Position numbers and translations under genes: made by a program | Assembly: GCA_051362555.1 (NCBI GenBank) | Contig: CM120641.1 | Span: 25,922,401-25,986,400, forward strand | From: Lingula anatina | Lineage: Eukaryota; Animalia; Brachiopoda | Direction: 5' to 3' | DNA: 64,000 nucleotides | Notes under the pieces: generated by a model | What the model was told of the DNA's origin: nothing | Databases searched by the model: none | The model's input: only the letters and a program-made list of their open reading frames with translations | Shown: positions 52,601-64,000 of the stretch, piece after piece | How the letters are laid out: every line of letters begins with the position of its first letter | How positions within the stretch are numbered: position 1 is the stretch's first letter

Positions 52601-55600
52601 AGACATAAACTCCTTTGGCACACAACTTGGAACCCAAGAACTTTTGTATAAATATACACGAAACTTATTCATCAGGGCAAAAACTGGACCATGTAAACAC
52701 ACTGTTTTTATATTTATTTAATACATAAACTTGGGTGTAACTTTTGCAAGTAGGCTGCTCAATTTTCTACACTGGTAAATGAAAAATGTCACTTTGATAA
52801 AAATATTATAAAGATGTTCGTGGTTCAACTACTGTTACATTATTTGAAAAATATTTTTCATAAAAACAATTACATAAGAAGGCTTATGTTTTTTATATGA
52901 TTAACAGAATCATTTTAATCATATTATAATTTTATCATTTTACTGAAAATTAAGAAGAGAGAGATTGTGATACAACCAGAAGTATTAATTCCTTACATAA
53001 CTCACGGACAAAATTTGTTATTATGTTTAAGCATAACTCTTCCATCTTGTTATTTTTAAAAAGGATCTCAAACAAGCATGTCTGAAAAAGTGTAAAGAAT
53101 TCTTGTACAGTTGTCAAAAAAAAAAAACCTTGTTCAATTTTGATAACAAACCAACTGCGCTGCAAAAAAAAAGGATTGTTTTTACGTCAACAAACAGTCA
53201 TTTTAATCTATGATGTTTTCATCCCTTGTTAAAATTTAATAAATGAGCCTGTCCATGCCAGAAAATCATGATAAGTATGACCACAAGCATTCCTTATGTA
53301 ATTGCACCACCTTGTAAAAAATGTATACAGAATTGAGAGACAATCAAAACAATCACTTTAATTTGACAGTACCATTAGTATTAATAAGTAGGAAAAACAT
53401 GTACTGGAGTACACACTATCCTCAACATCTATTGGGCCAATTCTGTTACAGGACAAAAATAATCTTTGCCAACGTTTTGTGCCTATTTATCTACATTATC
53501 AGGTCAAATTTATTCCCTGCAGGTACCTGTGACAAATTATATCCTCAAGGCATTATTACTGATAACAAAGCATGCTAATAACCTCTTAGCATTGGCATGC
53601 CCCTTTTTTACGACATTTTTATTCCCTTCCTGTTTGTTTGCTTTTGTCATGAATTCTGTATTGTTCTCTCAAAGACAACATCCTGAGATAAAAATCAAGC
53701 ACATGTATCCCATGTCTATACAAAACAACAAGTCCTATGAAATGACCCATGCATCAAAAAATAAACATTTCAAATCTATATCTTGGTTCAAATTTATGTC
53801 GCGAAACTAGGCTAATATATTCATATTTGTCAACGCTTTCAAAGCAGGTGCTCAGACTATATATAATCCGCTACTAGGGTTAACTCAACCATAATCAGGC
53901 AGAATACAGCCAGCCTTGGCACAATATACTTTTTTTAGGCTGTCACTTTTTATGTACTATTCCTAATCCTGGACAAGGCAAGGGAGAATTCTGTGTGTTT
54001 AATAAGGTATGTTTAATGTCTTCCTAATATGTATGTATGTATGTAATAGCTGCTCGGATCTACTCAACCACATACAAGTAGAGTATACAGAATATGAAAC
54101 TCTCTGGGGACAATCAACACCTACACTATATTGATGGTCTTGGCATGTCTCTCAGATTGTATGATTCTAAATGTCAGCTTGGCAAAAGATATACTGTTTT
54201 TTAACAATTTGATATCAATATCCTGTAATTATACAATCCCCAATAGGAGTGATCGTAGGATTACAGGGACAACAAAGATTGGCATTGCTGGGTAAAACTG
54301 GAATGAAAAGATCGTAAACACATTAATCAGATACACTGTAGGAAACACAAAGGTTCATGTCATAGACAGTATTTTTTTAAATAGAATTTGACCTTGGAAA
54401 TAGACTTAACTTGTTAAATGTTTCCTTTTCATTCCCTTTCAAATGTTTTTGCAAGGGCTAGCCCAGACTTCACATCTTGTGATGAGAATTTAAAAACCTG
54501 TTCTAAGGTGATATCTTTTCTTAAATAGTCTTGCACAAGATGAGCACTATTTGTTTAGGGTTTTTTAATTCCATTCCATTACACTAGCATGGTTCTGTTA
54601 AGGTTAACAGCAGGTCTAATGTCATCCTTAGGGCAAGTTACCGCTGTGAGCCACAGCCGTTCCTTGATTAAATGGCTTAGTATTGTTCAGCATTTTTTAA
54701 ATTTATTTCCACATTTAACCCTGTTTATAAACAAACCAGCGTGATTTTGGTATAAATTACATTATAGTGTTTCGGAGAAAGGTCGAGGTAATCTAATACT
54801 TCACATCCCACGACTTAATTTTTGTTTCCTGTGAAGTGCTGCTTGTCCTTTCATACAGAATAGTCCTCCCCACCCATGTTACTTAAAACTGAAAGTCAAC
54901 CACATTTACAATGGTGAATTATAATGATAGCATCTAAGATGTCTCAATAAAAAAGTTCTTAAGTATATAATATTTTTATGCCAAAACTATGCTCATTGAC
55001 AAATTTCAAATATTTCTAGTGTTCTAATATTTCATTCCAGATTATCATTTTTATTTGATTATTTTCGGGAACTGTAATTTCTGGAAGTTATCGATTTAAT
55101 ATGTTACAAAAATGTTGTAAAATAGAATTTTAAATGCTAATAATCTTCCTCTTCATGTCATACATTAGGTAAACTGTTGGGGGTATAAGAATTATAGGAT
55201 TTTGCTTGAATTTAGAGAGTAAGAAAATGGTAATTTAATTTCAACAATGTGCTGTAAGAGATTCTATCCACTTCTAGTGTAAATGATACCCTCGGTACAT
55301 CCTGGTAACATTAAGTGTTGAGAAGATATCGATTGAGCTCTTCAAGTACCATATGTGCCTATCACTAGATGGCTGCTGAAGTACTGAAGGAATTAAATTA
55401 CTTCAGCTCAATCTTCTTTGCTGCAAAGCACACACACTAAGGGTCATAAGAACACAGTTATAGTCAGTCATTTATTTGACAGTCCCATCAAAACTGCATA
55501 ACAAATAAAACTATGCACATTTGGGTACTTAAAAGTCCAATGAATAGTGTAGACATTTGTTAAATGTTTTTTACTTTTTTCGTTTTCATCATAGTTGACA

Positions 55601-58600
55601 CGTGTGGCAAAATCATAATTAATGTTTGTGATCTTTCAATTTTCATCAATTTTCACCATCTGTTGCATCTGGCTTATCCACATGAGGTCATAGAATATAA
55701 ATGGTTGTATTTGTTATTTTGACATTTCGGCTTTTACAAGTATAGTGTACTCCATGTGAAGTAATTACACTTCATTTAGTAATTTATCATTCTACAGCTT
55801 ATTTCAACAGGTTAACACATGGCCCAGTCACAGTATCTGTTCTGGCAACCACATTTTCTTAAAATCTGTTTCACTTGCAATATTTTTGTTTTCATGTTTA
55901 CAAATCTATTTTCGCCTCTCAATATAGCACTGGGTCTTTTTTTTTTCCTTCTTCACACATGATGTTGTTCTGTCGTTTCAGATCTAAAAGCACCAGCTCT
56001 ATCTGGCTCTGTCTTGTGAGGTCATAGCAGTGCTGTCTAGGTGTGGGGGTCAGAGTTCAGAACTGTGGTTGTGGAGGCTCAGTCAGACTTGGCACAACAG
56101 AGCTCACAGAGAGAGCACGTTTTTTAACATTATCGCATACACGAGGAAACGGAACACCAGCAGCTTGAACTCTGAGGTAGGTGGACTGTTTTACAATGTT
56201 TTTGACAAACAAAGTAGTGAAATTATAGTCAGAGTCAATCATCGAGCAACTGGGTATAAAAAACGGACAAGCTTTTCATTACTCTACAGCATATAAAATT
56301 CCCAACATGCGAATAGAGCTTAAAAATGGACACAATACAAGTAATTTGAACTAGGTGCTGCTTTCATCAAATTCATCCCATCAAAGTTGTTTTGTACCTC
56401 TGTACCTGTGATGTAGTTTTCATGCTACCTTAAGAAAGATCTTAAGTGATTTGAAGTATCCAATTTTAATTTAATTTTTTTTCAAGTACATTTCAATACC
56501 TACCTCTGAATAACAATCAAACTGCATTGTGCTGACATGGATTTTGAAACATCCTGTTTTCATTTATTACCACATGCTTGAAGCATGTAGATTAAATCAT
56601 TCGCCGAGTAAAAATGACAGAGTTAGCCCATGAATAAATATGTTAAATTCAACTGTAGAATACAACACTGTGGCAGGACATGACCCCATCTATTACATAC
56701 AATAGAGGTATGATTCAAAGAAAAACGCCAATGTTTTTGTAATGCAGAAAGCTGACTCAATTTCTCAACAAAACAGGATTCCTCAAAGTACTGAACTGCA
56801 TGTAATTATGGCATAGAACACCTATTTATTTGCTCATATTTCCTACTGCTAGTGATTAGGTGGAAAATGTCTTCGACTATGTTTAATGTATCCATATAAT
56901 CATAAAAAACATACTTGTTCTATTTTCAACGTCTCAACAGCTTTGTCATAATCTTAAAAGGCCATAAAAACCATTGAGCTGAACATTCCCATAAGTAAGC
57001 ATCATAATTTACATCACTATAATTCCCCGACCACAAAATATAACATATTCTGTTTTCTACAATCTGACAGCCGTGTAACTATGTTAATAGGCCAGAAAGC
57101 CACTTTGAGTTTTGTATTTCAAAAAGAAACAACTGCAAAAAACAACTGAAATTTATGGGTGGGCACTGGAGCAGTTCTATAGGGAAGACAGATAACTTCT
57201 CAGGGACAGCACAGGTGGTTACCCATGAGTTAATGTCCAGCATTTACTTACATAGGGGAGGGTCAAGAATTCTTGTGAAGGTGAGCAATGCTGAACTGTG
57301 AGTGGATTAGGGATCTCCACAGATTTTTTTCAGGGGGGGGGGGGGATTGCACTTGATTAAACTTTTGAAGTCACAGTACTTAATTCCAGATATAAATACT
57401 TGGAAGGAAATGAAATAAATAAAATGGTAGGAGTACTGTTCATATGGTATCATTATTATTATCACTAGAAAAGAGAAGAAAAGAGAAGAGAACTGTTGAA
57501 GAGGGAGAATGGGGAGTTGAAGTACTTCTGCTTGAAATGCCCCTGAAAACCTTCACACTACATCAATGCTACATACACTATTCCTCACAGTACTTGCATG
57601 AAAAGACCAATTCACCCACACTCATATTCATATGTGTTAGAAATCAGCGACAACACGATATTGGCATTTAAGTTTTATATATAGCTGCCTAACTCACACG
57701 GTAAAAAATGTGACACAACACGTAAGAGTCACTTAGTGCAGACTAAAACTGTTGTTTTTAAAGTGTGCAAGTATATTTGAGTTAGCTGGGCCGGTTACTC
57801 AATTGTCCAGAATAATGTTATTTACACTGTTGTGAACAGCACTTTGCAGCACTACAATTCATATCTACCCCCCAAAAAATGCAAAAGTCATGGATAGTTA
57901 CACTGGTGAATCCGATATATACCAATGATACATATCTATTATAATGAAGTATTAACATTGGAATTCCATAGATTATCTGATTAGTTCTATAACCAGACTT
58001 GGCGTAAAGCTTGGAATGGCTCCTTGATTGAATCATCATATGTGAAGCATCCAAGTGTTTTGTGGAAACGATCCCATCTGAGGCCAAATGTGATCTTAAC
58101 TCACAAGTTTAAGTCATTTTTCTGGTGAATCATTCCAGAGTAATGCATTAAGTCAATTGTTTTTAAAGTCTTCTAGTTTGTGAGAGCAGTAACTATACAT
58201 ATATACATATAGCAATAATTTCCTGCTTTAAGACCGGTTGATATGCAATCTCAATTTTTGATATGCAATCTCAATTTTTTCTCAAAGAGATTTTGTTTTA
58301 CAAACAATAATGACTCTCTATACATTCCCCAGACTAGACCAGGTGTGCACCTGCAGAAAAAAAAATGACCCCCTTTTCTCAATGTATTAGACCAACCACT
58401 ACAGATCTCCAATAGCATATATGAACATTTTTGAGCCCAAACTTCAACAAAAAAAGAATCAAGGTAGAGCCGCAAGGCTTTTGGGGGCCAAAAAAACTTA
58501 ACCGTAGTTGCAGGCTCACGTTGTACACAGGAAACCCGACACCTGACAGGTTCATTAAGGTAGATAGATTTCAGTAAAAGTAATTGAATTTTCGAAAAAG

Positions 58601-59654
58601 AGCTAATGGAAGCCATACTGTGAAGGCTTTAACAAGCATGACCCACAGCTGGTACCACATACTTTCAATCTTATATTCTTATTAAGAAAAGCTTGACCAT
58701 TTTATACATTGGTGTTTACATAATTTTCTTTAATGTGCACTCTGTATGCAAACCTCGGTGCCAGACACCTGCCAACAATTCTATCGCCTTGTTCCTTAGG
58801 TTAAATGCATTAGGCTGGGTTAAGACATTGTTTAAGGTTAGCCTCAAAAGTTAGCTTCAACAGTTATAAATACATCACAGTGTGATTGAATCCCAACCTG
58901 ATTTTACCTGTGGCTTAAATATTGAGCCTAATATGTTCTCTGCCTTTCTGTACAACCAACCACAAGCAAACGGTCTTGAGAAACATATAATTTTCTGGTT
59001 CCTTTTGCATAAATCACCGCCACATACTTTTTACACATGGAGAAAAAAGTTTAAAGCCATTTTTTTCATTATGTGTAATCTTGTTTCTATCAAAATCTTA
59101 TTTGTTTTACAAGGGCAAAGACCTCTCATCTGTTTCTGCATAAGACTTTCAGCAAAATGTGTTAAATAAATCAACAAATTTAAAACAGTTATATTTAAGT
59201 ATTCTTCTTCTCATTTAAATTGTTTTCATGGCAAATTCATATACATTGTCTGGAAAGACAACACCCCTTAGAGTTGCCAAGTAAAATATTTCCAAAATAA
59301 AAGCATGCATCCTAACTGATAGCCAATTTGCCTGACATGTTTAAAAAAGAAACTAAGTTAATACAGAAAAAGTGCTCAAGAATATAAACAGTGTATCACA
59401 GTCAGTGAAGCAACTATTAAGAGTTAAATATGTGTGTTCATATCTTAAACAAATTTCAGCAACATTATATCATTTTTCTTCATTCTTCGCCTTTTCCAGC
59501 AAAAACAATTTGAATATGTCAGCTTCACTTGCAAAATTTATCACAGTTGGCAAAGCATCAAGATAAAATTTAAAAGATGCTCACATCTTTAAGAAATATC
59601 AGTAGTACTATAAATTTGTGCACTCTTTATTCTTCCAGCCACAACACTAAGAAC

Positions 59655-60881
59655 ATGTCAGATACAACAGATCTTGCAGCAGCAAGACACCAAACTCAGC
59701 TCGAGGCCAAATCAAATTCAAACCACGAGGACAAAGCATCCCTTCAGATATCATCAGAAGTGACTGTGCCTCTCCACCGCCATACAATGTCCGACTCACT
59801 TTACGTAGACCAGGCATATCCTTCCTCTTTGACAGTGGAATCTGAAGGAGTTGGCCAGCATCACTATCTCGATGAGGTGATGCTGAAGCAAATCGGTAAG
59901 GCACACATCTTGCACCATCACCACCACCACCACTCACATACGCTCCATGGTGAGCACCACAACCATGGTCACCACTACTGTCACCACCGGCGCCATTCAC
60001 AACCTCTGGAACCAAAGGCCCATGCAAAAAATAAAAAGGAGCACAACATTTTGCTCCCAATGCAGAAACTTTTCACCATTGATACCCATATGGAGTCAGA
60101 ACAAAAATCTAGCGCTTTGGTCAGTATATCTGCGAACAGTGACAATGATTTGTTTTGCATAGACCAGAATAATGAGACCCTCAAGAAGTTTTCTGCAAAA
60201 TGTAACTACGTAGAGCATGTCCAGCTGATCAAAGATGTCCGCTTCAAAACACTCTCCAGCATCACGGTTCTGCCGGACGGGAAAATGGCAATCACGGACC
60301 GAAAGGAAAAACTGTTGAAAATCTTCACACCAGAGGGCACACTGCTCAAAAGCATCAATGAACACTTCAAAAACCCATGGGGCATTACCTCAAACAAGCA
60401 GGGACAAATCATCGTCACAGACTTCTGTACGCTAGACAACAATGGCTCCATCTATCTATTCGACAGTGAGGGAAAATATCTAAAGAGAATTAACATGCAT
60501 GATAAAAAGACCTTGTTCAAGCACCCATGGTACGTAACCACCAGTAAAGCCAATGACAATATCATAGTGTCAGATTACTGGGGGTACAGAATTACAGTGT
60601 TGGACCCCCTGGGGAATTTTCTCTACAACTATGGCTCACATAACCCAGGGGTGGAACACCTGTCCCGACCCAGGGGGGTCTGCACTGACCAGGAGGGGAA
60701 GATATATGTGGCAGATACTGAGGCAAACCGAATTCACGTCTTATCTCAATCAGGCAAATTGATCGGCCACTTGCATTCAGATGAAGAGATGGCTGACATG
60801 ACAGATTTGGAGTTTACCAATGATGGGAAACTGATAGTTTGTCAGTGGGAAGGAAAGATGCATGCATTTAATATAATCTAA
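59655..60881 (+). CDS. His-rich, NHL-repeat beta-propeller protein (TRIM2/3/71-like C-terminus, no RING/B-box); single coding exon, ~408 aa
   Basis: Uninterrupted ORF 59577-60881. A strong acceptor TTCTTCCAG at 59638 favours ATG 59655 as the start. NHL repeats: FKNPWGITSNKQGQIIVTD, FKHPWYVTTSKANDNIIVSDYWGYRITVLD, LSRPRGVCTDQEGKIYVADTEANRIHVL. His tract HHHHHHHSHTLHGEHHNHGHHYCHHRRH. Confidence 0.88.
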   Translation: MSDTTDLAAARHQTQLEAKSNSNHEDKASLQISSEVTVPLHRHTMSDSLYVDQAYPSSLTVESEGVGQHHYLDEVMLKQIGKAHILHHHHHHHSHTLHGEHHNHGHHYCHHRRHSQPLEPKAHAKNKKEHNILLPMQKLFTIDTHMESEQKSSALVSISANSDNDLFCIDQNNETLKKFSAKCNYVEHVQLIKDVRFKTLSSITVLPDGKMAITDRKEKLLKIFTPEGTLLKSINEHFKNPWGITSNKQGQIIVTDFCTLDNNGSIYLFDSEGKYLKRINMHDKKTLFKHPWYVTTSKANDNIIVSDYWGYRITVLDPLGNFLYNYGSHNPGVEHLSRPRGVCTDQEGKIYVADTEANRIHVLSQSGKLIGHLHSDEEMADMTDLEFTNDGKLIVCQWEGKMHAFNII

Positions 60882-61416
60882 AGAAAAGAAAGAAGAAATA
60901 TATGTGCAGAGAAATATTTGATTATTTAAAAAGATGTAAGAGAAGAGGATTGTCACATGGTGTTACGTGTAAAAAGTGTAATTACTGACAAAGATATCCT
61001 TAATTTTTCTTCAGCAACAATTGACATTTTGTAATACAACCATTCATATCCATAATTCAGGAAAGTACTTACTAAAATGTTTTGTCAACACAAATTATCC
61101 AATTTAGTTGTCTTTAATTTATAGATGGGTCAAAACTGCACGAATGCCTCTTTGTTTTTGTTCTACCAAACTTTACATCTAAGTGTAGTGAAAGCAGTAA
61201 TGACCATAGATTTAAAACCACTTGTAAATATCTGACAAATAATTTATAAACATTGATATCATTGTTATTTAAGGTCAGCCCTAGGTTCAGTCTGCTCTCA
61301 CAAATGTCATCACAATGCTATTATAGTCCATGATTATCTCTATTTAGATTAGATTAGTATCTGGCACATGAATGAATGTTTATCATGATATAGACAAACT
61401 GTTCATCAAAACCTTA

Positions 61417-61673
61417 GGCTTCGTTCACATGCAATGTCTATTTTCTAAATTCTATTTTCTATTCGCGCTATCTTATGATCACGGTCTGTGCCCTGAATAT
61501 CCCGCCGCGTAATTACTGGCAGCGCGAGCCAGTTACTTATAGTAACTTATAGTAACTGGCTCGCGCTGCCAGTAATTACGCCGCGGGATATTCAGTGCAC
61601 AGACCGTGATCATAAGACATACCGCGAATAGAAAATAGAATTTAGAAAATAGACATTGCATGTGAATGAAGCC
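61417..61673. mobile_element. Palindromic Tourist/PIF-Harbinger-like MITE, copy 2
   Basis: 257 bp, near-identical to 45163-45420 and in the same orientation; TTA duplication at 61414-61416 and 61674-61676. Confidence 0.88.
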
Positions 61674-63192
61674 TTAATGACCAGAGCTTTGGAACCACAA
61701 ATTACTTTTTCCGTAGAACTTTTGACCCACCCAGTACTTTCCATCATAAGTTTGTTATTCTAGTCTGTAATGTAAGCATGTAGCCTGTTGTTGTAGTAAG
61801 TTTATATTACTGGAAATAAAATTTCACATTCTGTGAGTTGTCATTTTCATGGATCATATTTACTGGGTGCTGAAAAACATCTAAGTACAATGGACTTTCT
61901 CATAAATATCTTATGTGTGACTTGCAGTAAATGTGTGAAAATAGCATGGTGATTAATTTACATAAATATCTTGTAAAAATAATGAAGTCAATCACTACTA
62001 ATTTTGGACATATGAAAAACTGCACCAAACTTTCTACGTGCTTTTGTCATTGAGATTGAAATCTGACCTAATTTTGCATTAGGACCAAAGTTAAGAAAAA
62101 AAAAAGAAAAAAAAAACTGATGTGGAGATTACTCCATTTTTCCATATATTCATTGCCTATAGCTTATCCATGTTGAGATAACAGCACATTTGGTGACACT
62201 GTTGACAGTGACTTATGGATGATAACATTGCGTGAGGCAGGTTTAACTGGCCTTGACACATGATGACATGGTGACCAGTGTCTCCAGGTGTAGCCACACT
62301 CTCATACACATTATTCAGCTTTGAAAAAGAAAGAAAAGAATATGCATAAAAATATATATACATATAATGCCAAAACCGCGCCCAGGCAGGCATCGAGGCA
62401 ATGACAGGGCAAGGGGAGGAGGAAGAAAAAAAGAACAGACAACTGGACTGACAACTAGATAACTATAAAGATAAAAGCATGGGACAGGACAAATAAGGCG
62501 CCTTTGGCTCAATACATAAATAAGGAACATATTGTTGCATCAGTTGGCTAACTGCTTGACCTGCAGCATGTAAGAGATACTGAAGCATGTTGGCCTACAC
62601 TTGAATATGGCATACCAAAAGTACTTACATGTCAAACCCACTTTATTATTTCTACAATAAAAAATCTTCTTGCTTCCTGATTGTGGTTTCAAGCTATTTC
62701 TCGCCTAGCAACTCAAAAGTAATCAACATAACCACAATACGGAAACCAGCATCCTCTCTTCAGTGGTAAAATGTGAGATATTCATTCAAAAAAACACTCC
62801 CCGCATAAATTCTTCCACATAATGTTCTTTGCCCTAGGATTTCACAACTATTTTCAACAGATGTGATCGCTTTCCTACTCACTTCAAACAGTAAGATACA
62901 AGAGTTGGGGATGTCTGTTACCAGGCTCCTTCCCAGTAGGACTCAAGTTGTACAATGTTTATTGAAATTCCAGTTATTAATTTCAGAACCACATGGCATT
63001 TACACAGATTTTTCCGATTAAACTTTCAGTTGTTTGCTGAATTTTTATTCCAAATGTTCTTAATGCCATGAATAATTTTATTATCCCCGTACCAGACTCT
63101 CCTACAATGGAAAATTTGAAATAAATTACATTAAATTACATAAAAATTTTCCTTCTCTTCTCATTTATGATATATACATATAATTATTGTAT

Positions 63193-63195
<3 letters not shown>

Positions 63196-63267
<72 letters not shown>
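63196..63267. repeat. (TA)n microsatellite
   Basis: About 36 TA units. Confidence 0.95.
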
Positions 63268-63271
<4 letters not shown>

Positions 63272-64000
63272 TAGCATCTTTTCTGATTGAAAGGGGGGGC
63301 TGAAATAGTCCAATTGAAAGCCTTTACTTCTTCCAGACATACCAAAGAATCTTCCAAATGAGTTGAAACTTTTCTCAACATAGGCAGTTCCAATGATAAA
63401 AACAAGCAAACTACACAAAGTATGACACACAGATTCCGGGTTAAATTGTTCCATACCTGCTGATCTATCTCACCATTCACACACACAGGTGGATCTATTT
63501 AGTACTGATTATTTTCAAAGGTGACGGGTTTTTAAAAATAACATGACCTTATCCATTTTCAGCTTGGGATACTCTTGCTAACTATAGAATTTGGCCGTAG
63601 ACGGCATGCAGTGTTTGTTGCATTTTGCTCTTACACAACTATATTCATCTCATTTTTTGTTTACTCCCCTACTAAATAAATAATTTTATTACAGGCATTT
63701 CTCACTTAACAATATTTTACAAAATAATTGATATTGGATCTCCTCACTGCCCACATGTGGTTTACTTTCATATGAGAAAGTACTGCACTTAATACAATTT
63801 TATGTCTTTTTCAAACCACAGCCCATTAATATCTATATATGTTACCACATCCAATACCTAACCCACAGCTGGACCCTTTCCCTTTTTCTCTTTAAAAATC
63901 TGAGGATTTTTGTTTTTTTAACCTTTCCTTCTCATGTTCCTAAATTTTTGGAGCAGGTGATTCAGGCTTTTTTTCTCCCTTGACGCTACCAAAGGTTTTC

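Overview
AT-rich, intron-rich animal genomic DNA. It looks like a marine invertebrate (lophotrochozoan/mollusc-like), but the taxon cannot be fixed from sequence alone. I reconstructed all gene models by hand, using GT-AG boundaries and phase matching. Genes in order: ACTR2/Arp2 (minus, 8 exons, 394 aa) head-to-head with neudesin/NENF (plus, 4 exons); a 33-exon, ~1,580-aa minus-strand gene (15640-34222) head-to-head with DNAAF2/kintoun (plus, 3 exons); the last six FERM-domain exons of a PLEKHH1/2-like gene (minus); and a His-rich NHL-repeat gene (plus) apparently nested antisense in the large PLEKHH intron. The most striking object is the 33-exon gene. It reads as signal peptide, luminal EF-hand, one TM helix, p97/VCP-binding-motif-like peptide and Ufd2/UBE4 core, followed by a BIRC6/UBE2Z-type E2 (UBC) domain with an intact catalytic Cys where the U-box should be. 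This suggests a membrane-anchored, possibly Ca2+-sensing E2/E4 chimera. Also present: a decaying tandem exon duplication in that gene, a candidate hydrophobic alternative first exon in DNAAF2 intron 1, a 5'-truncated PHD-bearing RTE-like LINE, several foldback MITEs and microsatellites. No rRNA, tRNA or CRISPR was seen, and 1-9,300 has no supportable coding gene.
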